Assembly (NCBI GenBank): GCA_019358915.1
Contig: JAHHIM010000010.1
Coordinates: forward strand, 64,001 to 128,000
Direction of reading: 5' to 3'
Length of the DNA stretch: 64,000 bases
DNA from: Trichormus sp. ATA11-4-KO1
GTDB lineage: Bacteria > Cyanobacteriota > Cyanobacteriia > Cyanobacteriales > Nostocaceae
Part shown: positions 38,232-48,500 of the stretch, in pieces
How positions within the stretch are numbered: the first letter of the stretch is position 1
Layout: each line of letters begins with the position of its first letter
Notes under the pieces: model-generated
Databases searched by the model: none
Seen by the model: only the letters and a program-made list of their open reading frames with translations
Told to the model about the DNA's origin: nothing
Translations under genes and position numbers: made by a program

Positions 38232-40175
38232 TCAACGATTAGGATAAACATGGCGCATTTCAAATCTGCTTTGTTCCCAAAGTGCTAGCAAAGCTCTTTT
38301 AGCAGCATTTAACTGTGATTGAGAAAACCGGACTTTGCCATGCTCGATAATCCAGATAAATGTCCGTGTGATTAAATCTGCTTGCAAACTGTTCTCAAAT
38401 TTACAATTATTTATTCTTGCTATTTGCCTATCTAAAGCACATATTGCATCTTTAAAAGTGGAGTTTTTATAGTTTATAGACTTGCTAGAAATACCTTCTT
38501 GGTAATTTTCCCATTCAATCCTATGCAAAGTTCCTGTAATATAATCTATGCCTGCGATCGCAGAATCAGTATTACGTACTAAATCTGTAAATGCTTGGTA
38601 ATATGGCTGTAACAGCGAAGCAGCAAGATTTTCAATATAAATATGTAACCACGACTGGATATCACGTAAATAAGGAACTAATTCTTTAATATCATTAATT
38701 TTTTCAATAGGACGCCGCTCAAGTTGAGAATTTACGATATTTTTTGTTAATTCAGCTTCAGATAATTGAAATTTATTGGAGTAATAATCAATAACTTTAG
38801 GAATATATCTTTCTAATAACCATTTTTTGGTATATCTAGCCGTCCAAGTTCCCTGTGGGCCAATATCTTGTTGCCATGAGGTAACTTCTCCTCTCTCAAG
38901 CGATTGTAAGTGAATTTCATTTATTATATAAACTATATTAATTTTCTTATTTTCTGAGTAATTACTATCAGCTTTAGGCAATATAAATGCATGATCACGA
39001 ATTCCCCGGCTTACCCGGATTGATAGATTTTCTTGATGAAACAGATGCCATTCGGATTTACCTTGGGCATAATTAAATTCATTGGCAAAGTTTTGCATTA
39101 ATTCCCATAATTTTAACTCTACCGAGAAAAGATAAAAACCACAAATATTGGTAAACTTTACTAACTCAAAATCCCATGTTTCTAAAATATTTTCAAATCC
39201 AATAATTAATTTTTTATATTCTTGGCAAACTGCATCAATACACAAACACAAGTCAGTAATTTCTAATTTTGATAAAATTACTGATACTTGCCCTAAATAT
39301 ACTTCAAAGGCATTATTTCCTAGTTGTTTCAAAAAACGACGGCATCCCCACTCTAGCGGAGTATCCAACCCAATCATTAATTTTTCTAAAATGTCTCGAT
39401 GATTTAAGTCGATTTTTAACCCTCTGAAATTTAAACTACTGAACTGGATTTGACAATTACCTTCTGCAAATGCTTTTGGTAAATTACACTCAATTAAAAC
39501 TTTAGATTTTATAACAATAAAGTGATTACCTTCTTGTATAATAGAAGGTTCAAAATCTGATTTTGATAAAATATTTTGTACGTCTGGATAGGAATTGAGA
39601 GTTTTTTCTAAATTAATATATTTAGTAAAAGCAAAATTATTATTTGTATTTTTGTCAATATTTTTAACAAATGCAAAATTTAATTTATTATAGAATTTCG
39701 AGGCTAAGTTAATATTAATCAATAAATCAGTATTTGTATCAAAAATAGTCTCTTCTTTTTGGTAATAAAGGCATTTAAATACATTTACTTTATAGCCATT
39801 AGTGACAACAAAAAATAATAATTTTAGATATTTATTGTAGAATTTTGCTTGTTCAATCGCCTCTTTAAAATTAGTTGCGCTTGGTTCTAAGCATATAACA
39901 CTAATTAATGATGTCTCTGCATTTTGTTCTTTTATGTGATCAGTAGAAAAATAAAGTTGCGCAATTTTTAGTTTTTTTGCCTGGGTTCCAGAGTTATATA
40001 TTTTTAATGGATACTTACTCTGCCGACATCTTTCTGGATAACCAAGATACTGAAACATCGGAATAGCAAAATTTTTTTCTACATCATCTTCAGTTTTTAA
40101 AAGACGATTATCAAAAGATTGTATCCATTTAATAAAGTGATTAATTGACGCTGAATTAGACATTAGGGAACCCAC
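38232..40175 (-). CDS. AT-rich hypothetical protein with an N-terminal restriction-endonuclease-like (HsdR_N-type) segment
   Basis: TEDDVE...FQYLGY, EQAKFY and VVTNG pattern in the N-terminal 140 aa; the rest is unrecognised. Confidence 0.6.
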   Translation of the reverse strand: MGSLMSNSASINHFIKWIQSFDNRLLKTEDDVEKNFAIPMFQYLGYPERCRQSKYPLKIYNSGTQAKKLKIAQLYFSTDHIKEQNAETSLISVICLEPSATNFKEAIEQAKFYNKYLKLLFFVVTNGYKVNVFKCLYYQKEETIFDTNTDLLININLASKFYNKLNFAFVKNIDKNTNNNFAFTKYINLEKTLNSYPDVQNILSKSDFEPSIIQEGNHFIVIKSKVLIECNLPKAFAEGNCQIQFSSLNFRGLKIDLNHRDILEKLMIGLDTPLEWGCRRFLKQLGNNAFEVYLGQVSVILSKLEITDLCLCIDAVCQEYKKLIIGFENILETWDFELVKFTNICGFYLFSVELKLWELMQNFANEFNYAQGKSEWHLFHQENLSIRVSRGIRDHAFILPKADSNYSENKKINIVYIINEIHLQSLERGEVTSWQQDIGPQGTWTARYTKKWLLERYIPKVIDYYSNKFQLSEAELTKNIVNSQLERRPIEKINDIKELVPYLRDIQSWLHIYIENLAASLLQPYYQAFTDLVRNTDSAIAGIDYITGTLHRIEWENYQEGISSKSINYKNSTFKDAICALDRQIARINNCKFENSLQADLITRTFIWIIEHGKVRFSQSQLNAAKRALLALWEQSRFEMRHVYPNR

Positions 40176-40279
40176 CTGCTTGTATAAATTTTTAAATTTT
40201 TAGTTATCTAAATTGTTCATTTAACTAGCAATTTATCAAGTCAGTTTGGATAGTATGGTAATTGTAAATACTTTATTAA

Positions 40280-40387
40280 TAGGACTTACACAAAATAATG
40301 AAAAAACGTTCGCGAAGCATACGCGCAGCGCATACCACAAAGGACACGAAGTTAAGAGGGTTTCAGAGAGTTCCTGCGTAAGTCCTA
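40280..40387. mobile_element. MITE, TAGGACTTAC family, with an inner small dispersed repeat
   Basis: TAGGACTTACACA...TGCGTAAGTCCTA ends. Confidence 0.82.
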
Positions 40388-40520
40388 ATTAACTAAAACA
40401 GGAAGCAGAAAGTATTTAATTTTGGCAAAAATTTCTGACTAATTCTATGCGTGTCTATACAAAATATTTAGGGGGACAGCATTGCTGTCCCCCTAAGTTG
40501 TTCATTAATGAAGATTAAAG

Positions 40521-41195
40521 CTATGCTAATGCCGCCACATTCTCTAACAGCCCTTGAAATAGCCTTAACCCATCACTACTCCCCAACATGGCATCTGATG
40601 CCCTTTCTGGGTGGGGCATCATCCCTAAAACATTGCCCTGACGATTACAAATTCCGGCAATGTGATTCAACGAACCGTTAGGATTTCCCCCTGCATAGCG
40701 GAAGACAACTTGTCCGTTATCTTCGATCGCTGATAAAGTCGCTTTGTTAGCGTAAAATCGGCCTTCGCCATGGGCGACAGGCAAAGTAATAACTTCACCA
40801 GTTTTATAAGCTTGCGTCCAATTCGTATTGGTACGCTCAACTTTCAGGGGGACACGATCGCATATAAAATGCAAATCCTGATTTCTTGTCAAAGCCCCAG
40901 GTAAAAGTCCGGCTTCAGTTAATACCTGAAAACCGTTACAAATACCGAGGACGAACTTACCCTGTTGGGCGTGGGTCATCACCTGCTGCATCACAGGCGA
41001 AAACCGCGCGATCGCACCGCAGCGCAAATAGTCACCGTAACTAAAACCACCAGGTACGATCACCACATCCAAATCACTAATATCCGTTTCTTGGTGCCAA
41101 ACCATGCGAGTCGGTTGACCCAGCAAGTCTTTGGTTACGTAAGCCACATCGCGATCGCAATTAGAACCCGGAAAAACCAAAACTCCAAATTTCAT
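40521..41195 (-). CDS. purQ: Phosphoribosylformylglycinamidine synthase subunit PurQ
   Basis: [27 protein letters not shown] and MMPHPER motifs. Confidence 0.97.
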   Translation of the reverse strand: MKFGVLVFPGSNCDRDVAYVTKDLLGQPTRMVWHQETDISDLDVVIVPGGFSYGDYLRCGAIARFSPVMQQVMTHAQQGKFVLGICNGFQVLTEAGLLPGALTRNQDLHFICDRVPLKVERTNTNWTQAYKTGEVITLPVAHGEGRFYANKATLSAIEDNGQVVFRYAGGNPNGSLNHIAGICNRQGNVLGMMPHPERASDAMLGSSDGLRLFQGLLENVAALA

Positions 41196-41318
41196 GATTT
41201 AGTCAATAGTCATTGGTTATTAGTCAACGGGAGTGAGGAGTGAGGGAGTAGGGAGTAGGGAGATGAGGAAGCATTTTCGTTCTTGTCCCCTTGTCCCCTT
41301 GTCTCCCCATCCCCCAAC

Positions 41319-41597
41319 TCAAATGACTCCCGTCTGTGTTTCCACCTCAATCAATTCAAAGCGATAATTTTCAATCACCGGATTGGCGAGCATTTTGTCA
41401 CAGATGTTTTCCAGGTCTTGACGCGCTTTACGTTCTTCTGTCGAAGTGATGGTTAGTTCAATGTACTTACCAATCCGCACCTGTTCCACGTTGTCGTATC
41501 CCAGTTGCTTGAGACCGGATTGTACAGCCACACCAGCAGGGTCTAAGACTGAAGGGCGAAGCGTCACGAGAATTTTGGCTAGATACTTCCTTTGCAC
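41319..41597 (-). CDS. purS: Phosphoribosylformylglycinamidine synthase subunit PurS
   Basis: VLDPAG, VRIGK and LANPVIE motifs; GTG start; upstream of purQ. Confidence 0.95.
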   Translation of the reverse strand: MQRKYLAKILVTLRPSVLDPAGVAVQSGLKQLGYDNVEQVRIGKYIELTITSTEERKARQDLENICDKMLANPVIENYRFELIEVETQTGVI

Positions 41598-41741
41598 AGG
41601 CTTTTGCTGAATGCTGCGATCGCTATACTATAACTTTCTGCTCCAACTGAGTGAAAATAAGATTACGGAGCAGTTAGAGTTAATTTATTAGTTAGCCAGT
41701 ATAACAGCTTCTATCACAGTGGCGAATTTAAATAATTGTCT

Positions 41742-42149
41742 ATGAGAGTCATACGCACCCGCAGTCAAGAGCGTATTTTGAACCTGCTGAAAACTATCAA
41801 ACAAGGTATTTCCGCCCAGGATATTTACGTAGAATTACGTAATCGCAATCAGAGCATGGGATTAGCAACGGTTTACCGCTCCTTAGAGTCCTTAAAACTA
41901 GAAGGTATGGTGCAGGTACGGACTTTGGCTAACGGTGAAGCCCTCTACAGCCCAGCACAGCAAGATAAACACCACTTAACTTGTCTACAATGTGGTGTCT
42001 CCATTCCCATTAATCAATGCCCTGTCCATAACCTAGAAGACCAATTGCAATCTAGTCATAAGTTTAAAATTTTTTACCACACACTCGAATTTTTTGGTTT
42101 GTGTGGTCAATGCCAGATGAATCAAGCTACTGGCATTGGCGCTGATTAA
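41742..42149 (+). CDS. zur: Fur-family regulator, Zur/FurB type
   Basis: GLATVYRSL, HHLTCLQCG and C-terminal CxxC; resembles cyanobacterial FurB/Zur. Confidence 0.8.
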   Translation: MRVIRTRSQERILNLLKTIKQGISAQDIYVELRNRNQSMGLATVYRSLESLKLEGMVQVRTLANGEALYSPAQQDKHHLTCLQCGVSIPINQCPVHNLEDQLQSSHKFKIFYHTLEFFGLCGQCQMNQATGIGAD

Positions 42150-42187
42150 AAAGAGTTAAGAGTTAAGAATTAATAATTCTTAACTCC

Positions 42188-43192
42188 TTAGTGGGGGCGA
42201 TTATGATTTCCCCCTGATATTTCACCACCAAATAAGGGGTTAGCAGAAGCGTCTGAAACAATGGAACGCATCCCCTCTAAAGTAGCTGGGATACTGCGGG
42301 GGTCCATAAACATTACCTTGCTGCTGTCGCTGCTGCCAATCTTCATACCCATTTCTAGATAATTTTGGGCAAGTAAAAACTGTAACGCTTCCTGTGCCCC
42401 TGGTTCAGTATTCAAGGTTTTGGTGATAATTTGCATTGCTTCTGCTGTTGCTTGCGCCTTAAGCACTTGTTGCTGACGTTCTGCTTGGGCTTGCAGCACA
42501 ATTGACTTTTGTTGGGCTTCTGCGTGGAGAATTGTGGCTTTTTGCCGAGCTTCCGCATCCAAAACTTGCGCTTCTGCTTTACCTTTAGCACTATTTACAG
42601 CCGCTTCCCGTTCACCTTCAGAAGTGAGAATAGCTGCCCTTCTGCGCCGTTCCGCCGACATTTGCAATTCCATTGATTCCCTGACGGTTTGAGATGGGCT
42701 AATATCACGCAGTTCTACCCGCGTAACTTTTACTCCCCAAGGATCAGTCGCTTCATCCAAATCACGCAGTAAAGTTTCACTAATTTGAGCGCGAGCGGTA
42801 AAGGTTTTATCTAACTCCAATTTACCCATTTCCCCGCGAATTTGAGTTAGCACTAAGTTAGTCATAGCTGCCTGGAGATTTTCTACCTTGTACCAGGCTT
42901 TTTCCATATCCAAGATGCGCCAGTAAACCACTGCATCTACTTCAATACCCACGTTATCCCCAGTAATACATTTTTGGGGAGGAATATCTAAAACTTTTTC
43001 CCGAATAGTTTGTTGATAGACGATTTTATCGAGGAAAGGGATAACAAAGTTCAGTCCTGGTTCCAATTTTTTGTTGTAGCTACCCAATCTTTCTACTAAA
43101 GCTTCATTACCTTGATTGACGACTCTTACAGATCCTGCCACCGCAGAACCGCCAAGCGCCAAAAAGACAAGTAAAAAGAAATTTTCTAACAT
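42188..43192 (-). CDS. SPFH / stomatin-like protein
   Basis: VERLG...[18 protein letters not shown] and AERRRRA motifs. Confidence 0.92.
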   Translation of the reverse strand: MLENFFLLVFLALGGSAVAGSVRVVNQGNEALVERLGSYNKKLEPGLNFVIPFLDKIVYQQTIREKVLDIPPQKCITGDNVGIEVDAVVYWRILDMEKAWYKVENLQAAMTNLVLTQIRGEMGKLELDKTFTARAQISETLLRDLDEATDPWGVKVTRVELRDISPSQTVRESMELQMSAERRRRAAILTSEGEREAAVNSAKGKAEAQVLDAEARQKATILHAEAQQKSIVLQAQAERQQQVLKAQATAEAMQIITKTLNTEPGAQEALQFLLAQNYLEMGMKIGSSDSSKVMFMDPRSIPATLEGMRSIVSDASANPLFGGEISGGNHNRPH

Positions 43193-43312
43193 TTCTTCAT
43201 TCTCCTAAATTTTTGAGTAATACAGTATGAAACAGGGACTGGGGACTAGTATTGTTACTCAGCACTCAGCACTCAGCACTTGGAAAAGCACTCAGCACTC
43301 ATAAAAACCACT

Positions 43313-43744
43313 TCAACGCAAAATATTTTCTGGCATCACAATTAGGGTGGTGCCTTCTCTTCTGACTACATAAACTCTTTGATTGGGTGCTACGCTAAGC
43401 TTTTCGTCGTCACATTGTGCGCGCCAAGAATTCCCCTCGTATAGCACCCGCCCTATTTGTCCAGCAGGAATTTCTGTTAAAGTTTCGGCTAAAATTGCAT
43501 CCTGAATTTTCGACTTGCGTCGTGGTGGTTGCAAAAACCGTCGGGAAAGTACGACTAGAACTGTGGAAAACAACAGCCAAACCGTAACTTGCAGCCATAA
43601 ATTCACCAAACCCACCAAAGACAGTAGCGCCACTACAAAGGCACTAATTCCCATCATGAATTCGACAAAAGCCGAGGGTAAGAACAATTCCATTAAACAC
43701 AGAACTGCTCCTGCCAGAAGCCAGATTAAGGTATAACTTGGCAT
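43313..43744 (-). CDS. NfeD family membrane protein
   Basis: Three TM segments and C-terminal OB-fold GRVLYEGNSWRA; canonical partner of the SPFH gene. Confidence 0.88.
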   Translation of the reverse strand: MPSYTLIWLLAGAVLCLMELFLPSAFVEFMMGISAFVVALLSLVGLVNLWLQVTVWLLFSTVLVVLSRRFLQPPRRKSKIQDAILAETLTEIPAGQIGRVLYEGNSWRAQCDDEKLSVAPNQRVYVVRREGTTLIVMPENILR

Positions 43745-43977
43745 AGCGCCATCCTAGACACTACATTTACGTAAATGCATTTCTGAGATTAAATACACCC
43801 AGATACAAACTGTTTACAGAAAGCAAAACTTGATTTTTTACCATCAATGTTTAATTAATTTCAGTAACAAGGTGTAGCCAGGGGTACACAAATCCAGTCT
43901 ATTCTAGCGTTCAAGTCTTTGACACTTAAATTTAATCGAAATTCACGAGTTGATTTATCTTCAGAATTTATACTTAT

Positions 43978-45933
43978 ATGATTTCTACTCAGCAGATAAT
44001 TTCTTGCATAAACCCAGACTGTACTAACCCCATTAATTCTGTGGGAGATCGTGTTTGTGCAAATTGCCAAACTCCCTTAGTTCACCGCTATCTCTGGGCT
44101 AGTGGTTCATTACCTGCCACACTCTCACCAGGAACTAAAGTGATGGATAGATATGAGGTAATTACGCAGCAGGTTTGGCTAGATACTCAGCCGGGACTGT
44201 CGCCAACAGTACCTGAAGAGTTACCAAAAATAGTTATTCCTTACCTTAAGCTCTATCAAGAGCGCTTGCACCTACCTGAAGTTTATGGGTTGGTTAGTAC
44301 CCAAGAAGGCGCAGATCATATCCTCTTACTGGAAAATGTGCCCATAGATGAGGTAGGACAGATTTATCCCAGCATTGCTGAAGCATGGGAGCAAGCAACG
44401 GCTGTCAGACAAGTTTACTGGCTATGGCAAATCCTGCAACTGTGGACACCTTTATTAGAGTTAGGCGTTGCCCAAAGTTTACTTGTACCAGAAAACCTGC
44501 GATCGCAAGGTTGGTGTGTCAGACTTTTGGAACTTCACCAAACAGAAACCCAGCAGCCGAATTTGCAGGATTTGGGGCAGTCTTGGCAGTCTTTGGTAGT
44601 ATCTGCAAAAACTCCAGTAGTCAGAGAACTAGAAAATATAGTCCAACAGATGTGTAGCTCTGAGGTAGAGTTAGATACCATCACTACTCAACTCAATGCT
44701 TTATTACTTTCATCGGCGGCAGAACTGCCATTAAGTCTGAAACTGGCAGGGGCAACAGATATCGGCCCGGAATTGCGGCAAAATGAAGATAATTGCTACC
44801 CCATAGCATCTAGTGATTCAGATGACCCAATACTGCCACGGTTATCGATTGTGTGTGACGGCATTGGTGGACATCAAGGGGGTGAAGTTGCTAGTCAATT
44901 GGCTGTGCAGTCCCTAAAACTGCAAATTCGAGCCTTGTTGACAGAAGTAAGAGAACAAAATGAACTTGTTTCACCAAACTTGTTGCAAGAACAACTAGAA
45001 GCCAGCTTGCGGGTGGTGAATAATGTCATTTGCTCCCGTAACGATGAACAAAAACGCCAAGGTAGAGAACGCATGGCTACAACCCTGGTGATGGCGGTGC
45101 AAGTGCCACAACGAGTCTCAACAACCTCTGGCTGGCACTCAGACAATGCTCATGAACTTTACTTAGCTAATATCGGTGATAGCCGTGCTTATTGGATAAC
45201 TCGCAACTACTGCCAACTATTGACAGTAGATGATGTTGTCGCCACACGGGAAGTCCGCCTGGCCCGGAGTTTGTATCGTCCAGCACTTCAGAGAATCGAT
45301 GCGACTGCCCTCACCCAAGCATTGGGAACAAAAGATGCTGAATCCTTACGTCCTTGCATTAAGCGCTTTATTTTAGAAGAAGATGGCTTATTACTGCTGT
45401 GTTCTGATGGTTTAAGTGATCATAACTGGGTGGAACAATCTTGGCAAGATCACGCAATTCCAGTGTTAACAGGTCAACTTGCGGTTGAAGATGCTGTTCG
45501 CGATTGGATTAATTTGGCAAACGAGAAAAATGGTCATGATAATACTTCTGTGGTTCTGACTCTTTGTCGAGTGTCCAAAGAGTACCTAGTACCAGTGACG
45601 CAATCATCGCCGCCAGTAGAAATCATCAAAGTAGAAGAACCACAAGAACTAGAAGAACTAGAAACAGAATCTTCCTTTGCAGAAAGTTCTCAAGCACTAC
45701 TGGATTTGGATCTAACACTAGATTTAGATGTGACAGAAGCACCGACCCCCACTCCAGTCAAAAAACCAATTCGACGTAAACCTGTGGTGTTAATTGGAGG
45801 ATTATTAGGTGTTCTCTTGGCGGGTACAAGTCTAGGATTATTTGCTTGGTGGCAAGTTAATCCTCAAGGTTTTCAGCAGATTTGTCGGCAACTTCCCCAA
45901 AGAATACAGCCACTGTGTCCGCCACAAAGGTAA
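43978..45933 (+). CDS. PP2C/PPM-type Ser/Thr protein phosphatase with N-terminal Cys-rich ribbon and C-terminal TM
   Basis: RQNED, VCDGIGGH, NIGDSRAY, LLCSDG and GHDNTS motifs. Confidence 0.9.
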   Translation: MISTQQIISCINPDCTNPINSVGDRVCANCQTPLVHRYLWASGSLPATLSPGTKVMDRYEVITQQVWLDTQPGLSPTVPEELPKIVIPYLKLYQERLHLPEVYGLVSTQEGADHILLLENVPIDEVGQIYPSIAEAWEQATAVRQVYWLWQILQLWTPLLELGVAQSLLVPENLRSQGWCVRLLELHQTETQQPNLQDLGQSWQSLVVSAKTPVVRELENIVQQMCSSEVELDTITTQLNALLLSSAAELPLSLKLAGATDIGPELRQNEDNCYPIASSDSDDPILPRLSIVCDGIGGHQGGEVASQLAVQSLKLQIRALLTEVREQNELVSPNLLQEQLEASLRVVNNVICSRNDEQKRQGRERMATTLVMAVQVPQRVSTTSGWHSDNAHELYLANIGDSRAYWITRNYCQLLTVDDVVATREVRLARSLYRPALQRIDATALTQALGTKDAESLRPCIKRFILEEDGLLLLCSDGLSDHNWVEQSWQDHAIPVLTGQLAVEDAVRDWINLANEKNGHDNTSVVLTLCRVSKEYLVPVTQSSPPVEIIKVEEPQELEELETESSFAESSQALLDLDLTLDLDVTEAPTPTPVKKPIRRKPVVLIGGLLGVLLAGTSLGLFAWWQVNPQGFQQICRQLPQRIQPLCPPQR

Positions 45934-46257
45934 GTGGGGAGTGTGAGAAGTGTGACCAATGACTAATGACTTAGGAATAGAATATCTATTTGTTGTAGAA
46001 TTAGATTTATCGTTAAAGCGCACAGCAAAAGCAAAACGGGTTTTTTCTAGCCCGAATGTCGCTGACTAACCACTATTAAAGCCTGCATGGGCAGGCTTTG
46101 TTTGTATAGCAGTTACAGAGGCGTAAAACAGAGCTTCTATCCAAATGGAAGCTTAAAAGTGACTATAGAAAACAGTCTATTTTTCAAAAAAGCAGTTCAG
46201 TGAGAGATGCCTGTGGAGATGCTTGTGGAACAGCAAAAGCTAGGTGTAAATGTTGTT

Positions 46258-46479
46258 ATGAAAGTTGGCGATCGCGTCCGCGTTAAAGAGTCGGTGGTAG
46301 TTTATCATCATCCTGAGCATCGAGGTCAGGCTTGTGACATTAAAGGCACAGAAGGTGAAGTCATAGGGATTGCCACCGAATGGCAAGGTAGACCTGTAAG
46401 CGCTAATTTGCCGATTTTAGTCAAGTTTGGTAAAAAATTTAAAGCTCATTTGCGTGAGAGTGAGCTAGAAATAATCTAA
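46258..46479 (+). CDS. ftrV: Ferredoxin-thioredoxin reductase variable chain
   Basis: MKVGDRVRVKESVVVYHHP...SANLP...FKAHL. Confidence 0.92.
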   Translation: MKVGDRVRVKESVVVYHHPEHRGQACDIKGTEGEVIGIATEWQGRPVSANLPILVKFGKKFKAHLRESELEII

Positions 46480-46484
46480 ATCAC

Positions 46485-46706
46485 TTACGAGCGGCGAAAC
46501 CACTGCAAAATATTCAGTTCGCCGCGCATTTTTTTTACATCTTGGCGGTGCTGTTCTGCGGTTATGTAGTACCACTCGCAATGACGCTGAAATTCTGAGC
46601 GTGTGTGAACTTCTTGGTAAAACTGGTGAGTTGTTTGGTAACTACCAAAGGATTCCTCAACTTCAGGTTGAGAGGCAGGAATAATATAAGGTAAATTTTT
46701 AGTCAT
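46485..46706 (-). CDS. Small conserved hypothetical protein
   Basis: 73-aa ATG ORF convergent on ftrV. Confidence 0.65.
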   Translation of the reverse strand: MTKNLPYIIPASQPEVEESFGSYQTTHQFYQEVHTRSEFQRHCEWYYITAEQHRQDVKKMRGELNILQWFRRS

Positions 46707-46771
46707 AATTTTAATATTTAAAAATTAAAACTCTCCGACTAATGAAATTATAGCTATCAGTAAGGACTGAT

Positions 46772-47083
46772 ATAGAAACAATAAAATTACAAGCACATAT
46801 TGGGGCAGATGGTATATTGCAAATCCAAACGCCCACCGATTGAAAAGATATTTCTGTTGAAGTGGTGGTGGTTGTGCAACCGTTACCCGATACAAAAGTT
46901 ACCCTATCATCCGCAACCCAACCACGATATAACGCCTGGGGAAAGCCTACGACAGCACAATCAATAAATATTACGATTGCCAGGATGCAAGAACTGCGGC
47001 GAGAAGTGGCTTTGGATAAAACGTCAATCCGCTCCATGATTGAAGAGGGGCGAAGAATGTGGTATGTGCAATCGCTTCGTTAG
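46772..47083 (+). pseudogene. Decayed antitoxin-like gene
   Basis: IETIKLQAHIGADGILQIQTPTD*KDISVEVVVVVQP...MIEEGRR, with ATA in place of a start codon and in-frame TGA at 46841; resembles the 23398 antitoxin. Confidence 0.6.
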
Positions 47084-47871
47084 AGCCAACCGCGTAAGCG
47101 ATATACCAAACTGCCAATGTATTCTTTGAGGGCGTTAGTAAATTGGTGTAGGTTGTTGGTATCTGGTAATAAATTCAAGATAGCGGCTTTAGGAGTGCTG
47201 CGAATTTCTTGCAGTTCACCTTGGCTAACGAGAAAATCGGTAGGTGCAGCAATAGCCTTAATGCCTTGACGCTGGAAAATCTTTAGCGATCGCGGCATAT
47301 GCATTGCCGATGTTACCAACAATATTTGACTAATGCCACGAGATTCTAAAATTTTCTTGACATTAACGGCATTTTCATAAGTATTGAGAGAATCAGGCTC
47401 TTGGATAATCGCCTCAGATGGAATACCAATAGATGTCAGCACATCTGCCATATCTGCCGATTCTGGGGAACCCCCACCACGCCAGTCAATGCGTCCCCCA
47501 CTCAAAATGATCATAGGAGCTTTTTTTTGACGATATAGTTGAGCTGCATAAATCACGCGATCGCCCGCTTCACTTAAATCCACAGTAGGTCTGGGAGGAA
47601 AGGCTGATTTTGTTGCACCACCCAAAACTACAATAGCTTCTGCATTGGGCATAGGATTAGGAGGGAGATATTGCCATTCGAGCGATCGCACTAGGGATTT
47701 AGCCACCCAAGCATTACTACAAAAGAGCAATAAAATCAAGGCTATAGAAATGGCGATCGCTGCTGTGCGTGGTCGTTTCCGCAACGTTACCAAAGCCACG
47801 ATCAAGCTGACACTGGCTAGCCCTAGAGGATAGAAAAATAGTGGCAGTAATTTGGAAAGATATAAAAACAT
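47080..47871 (-). CDS. YdcF / DUF218 (ElyC-like) family protein
   Basis: AIVVLGG, IILSGG, SLNTYENA and LVTSAMHMPR motifs. Confidence 0.9.
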   Translation of the reverse strand: MFLYLSKLLPLFFYPLGLASVSLIVALVTLRKRPRTAAIAISIALILLLFCSNAWVAKSLVRSLEWQYLPPNPMPNAEAIVVLGGATKSAFPPRPTVDLSEAGDRVIYAAQLYRQKKAPMIILSGGRIDWRGGGSPESADMADVLTSIGIPSEAIIQEPDSLNTYENAVNVKKILESRGISQILLVTSAMHMPRSLKIFQRQGIKAIAAPTDFLVSQGELQEIRSTPKAAILNLLPDTNNLHQFTNALKEYIGSLVYRLRGWL

Positions 47872-47981
47872 ATTGGGGAGTAGGGAGTAGAGAGTGGGGA
47901 GAGGATGGGGGGATGGGGAGATGGGGGGAAGAACTTAATATTAGTAATCTCCCCTTGTCCCCCCATCCCCTCCGCCCCATA

Positions 47982-48488
47982 TTACCTTTCCCAAAACCTG
48001 AAATTGAAGCTTCCAGAAGTACGACGATAACGACGGGTTAATCTTCTTCTTTGCCGTTTTGTGATCCTCTCTGCTCCAGACTGTTCACTTGCTACCTCTT
48101 CTGAAGTTGCAACCGGTAGCTGAGTTCTCGTTTCTTCCTTGCTTCCCCACCAAGCGGTAATCCAGCCTCCACCAATAGCGGCGATTCCACCCAGCAAAAT
48201 ACTCATAGGTGGAGAATAACCCAAAAATACAAAGCCTAATAGGAAAAATAACCAGTATTTGAGTCCTGCATCAATACCATCAGAGGAGGCTACAGTTGTG
48301 GGCTGGGGGCTATTTTTACTGGCATTGGTAAACCAACCCAAGACGAAACCACCTAAAATGCCTAAAAAGAGGCTCAGAGGTAGGGAAAAACCTGCCATCG
48401 ACAATATAAATATTAAAAATGCCCCAAATATCAGTTGAGAAAGGAAATCGGACGAAACAGGGGGAAATCCGTTATTGTTTGGTGCCAT
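47982..48488 (-). CDS. Hypothetical membrane protein with an internal two-TM duplication
   Basis: Two similar Gly-rich hydrophobic hairpins and an Arg-rich tail. Confidence 0.7.
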   Translation of the reverse strand: MAPNNNGFPPVSSDFLSQLIFGAFLIFILSMAGFSLPLSLFLGILGGFVLGWFTNASKNSPQPTTVASSDGIDAGLKYWLFFLLGFVFLGYSPPMSILLGGIAAIGGGWITAWWGSKEETRTQLPVATSEEVASEQSGAERITKRQRRRLTRRYRRTSGSFNFRFWER

Positions 48489-48500
48489 AAGATAAAAATA

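Noticed and set aside
41205..41318. Purine/pyrimidine-skewed heptamer tracts (also at about 35910-36010, 43235-43300 and 47875-47980)
   Set aside because: Ordinary STRR repeats of heterocystous cyanobacteria; not novel
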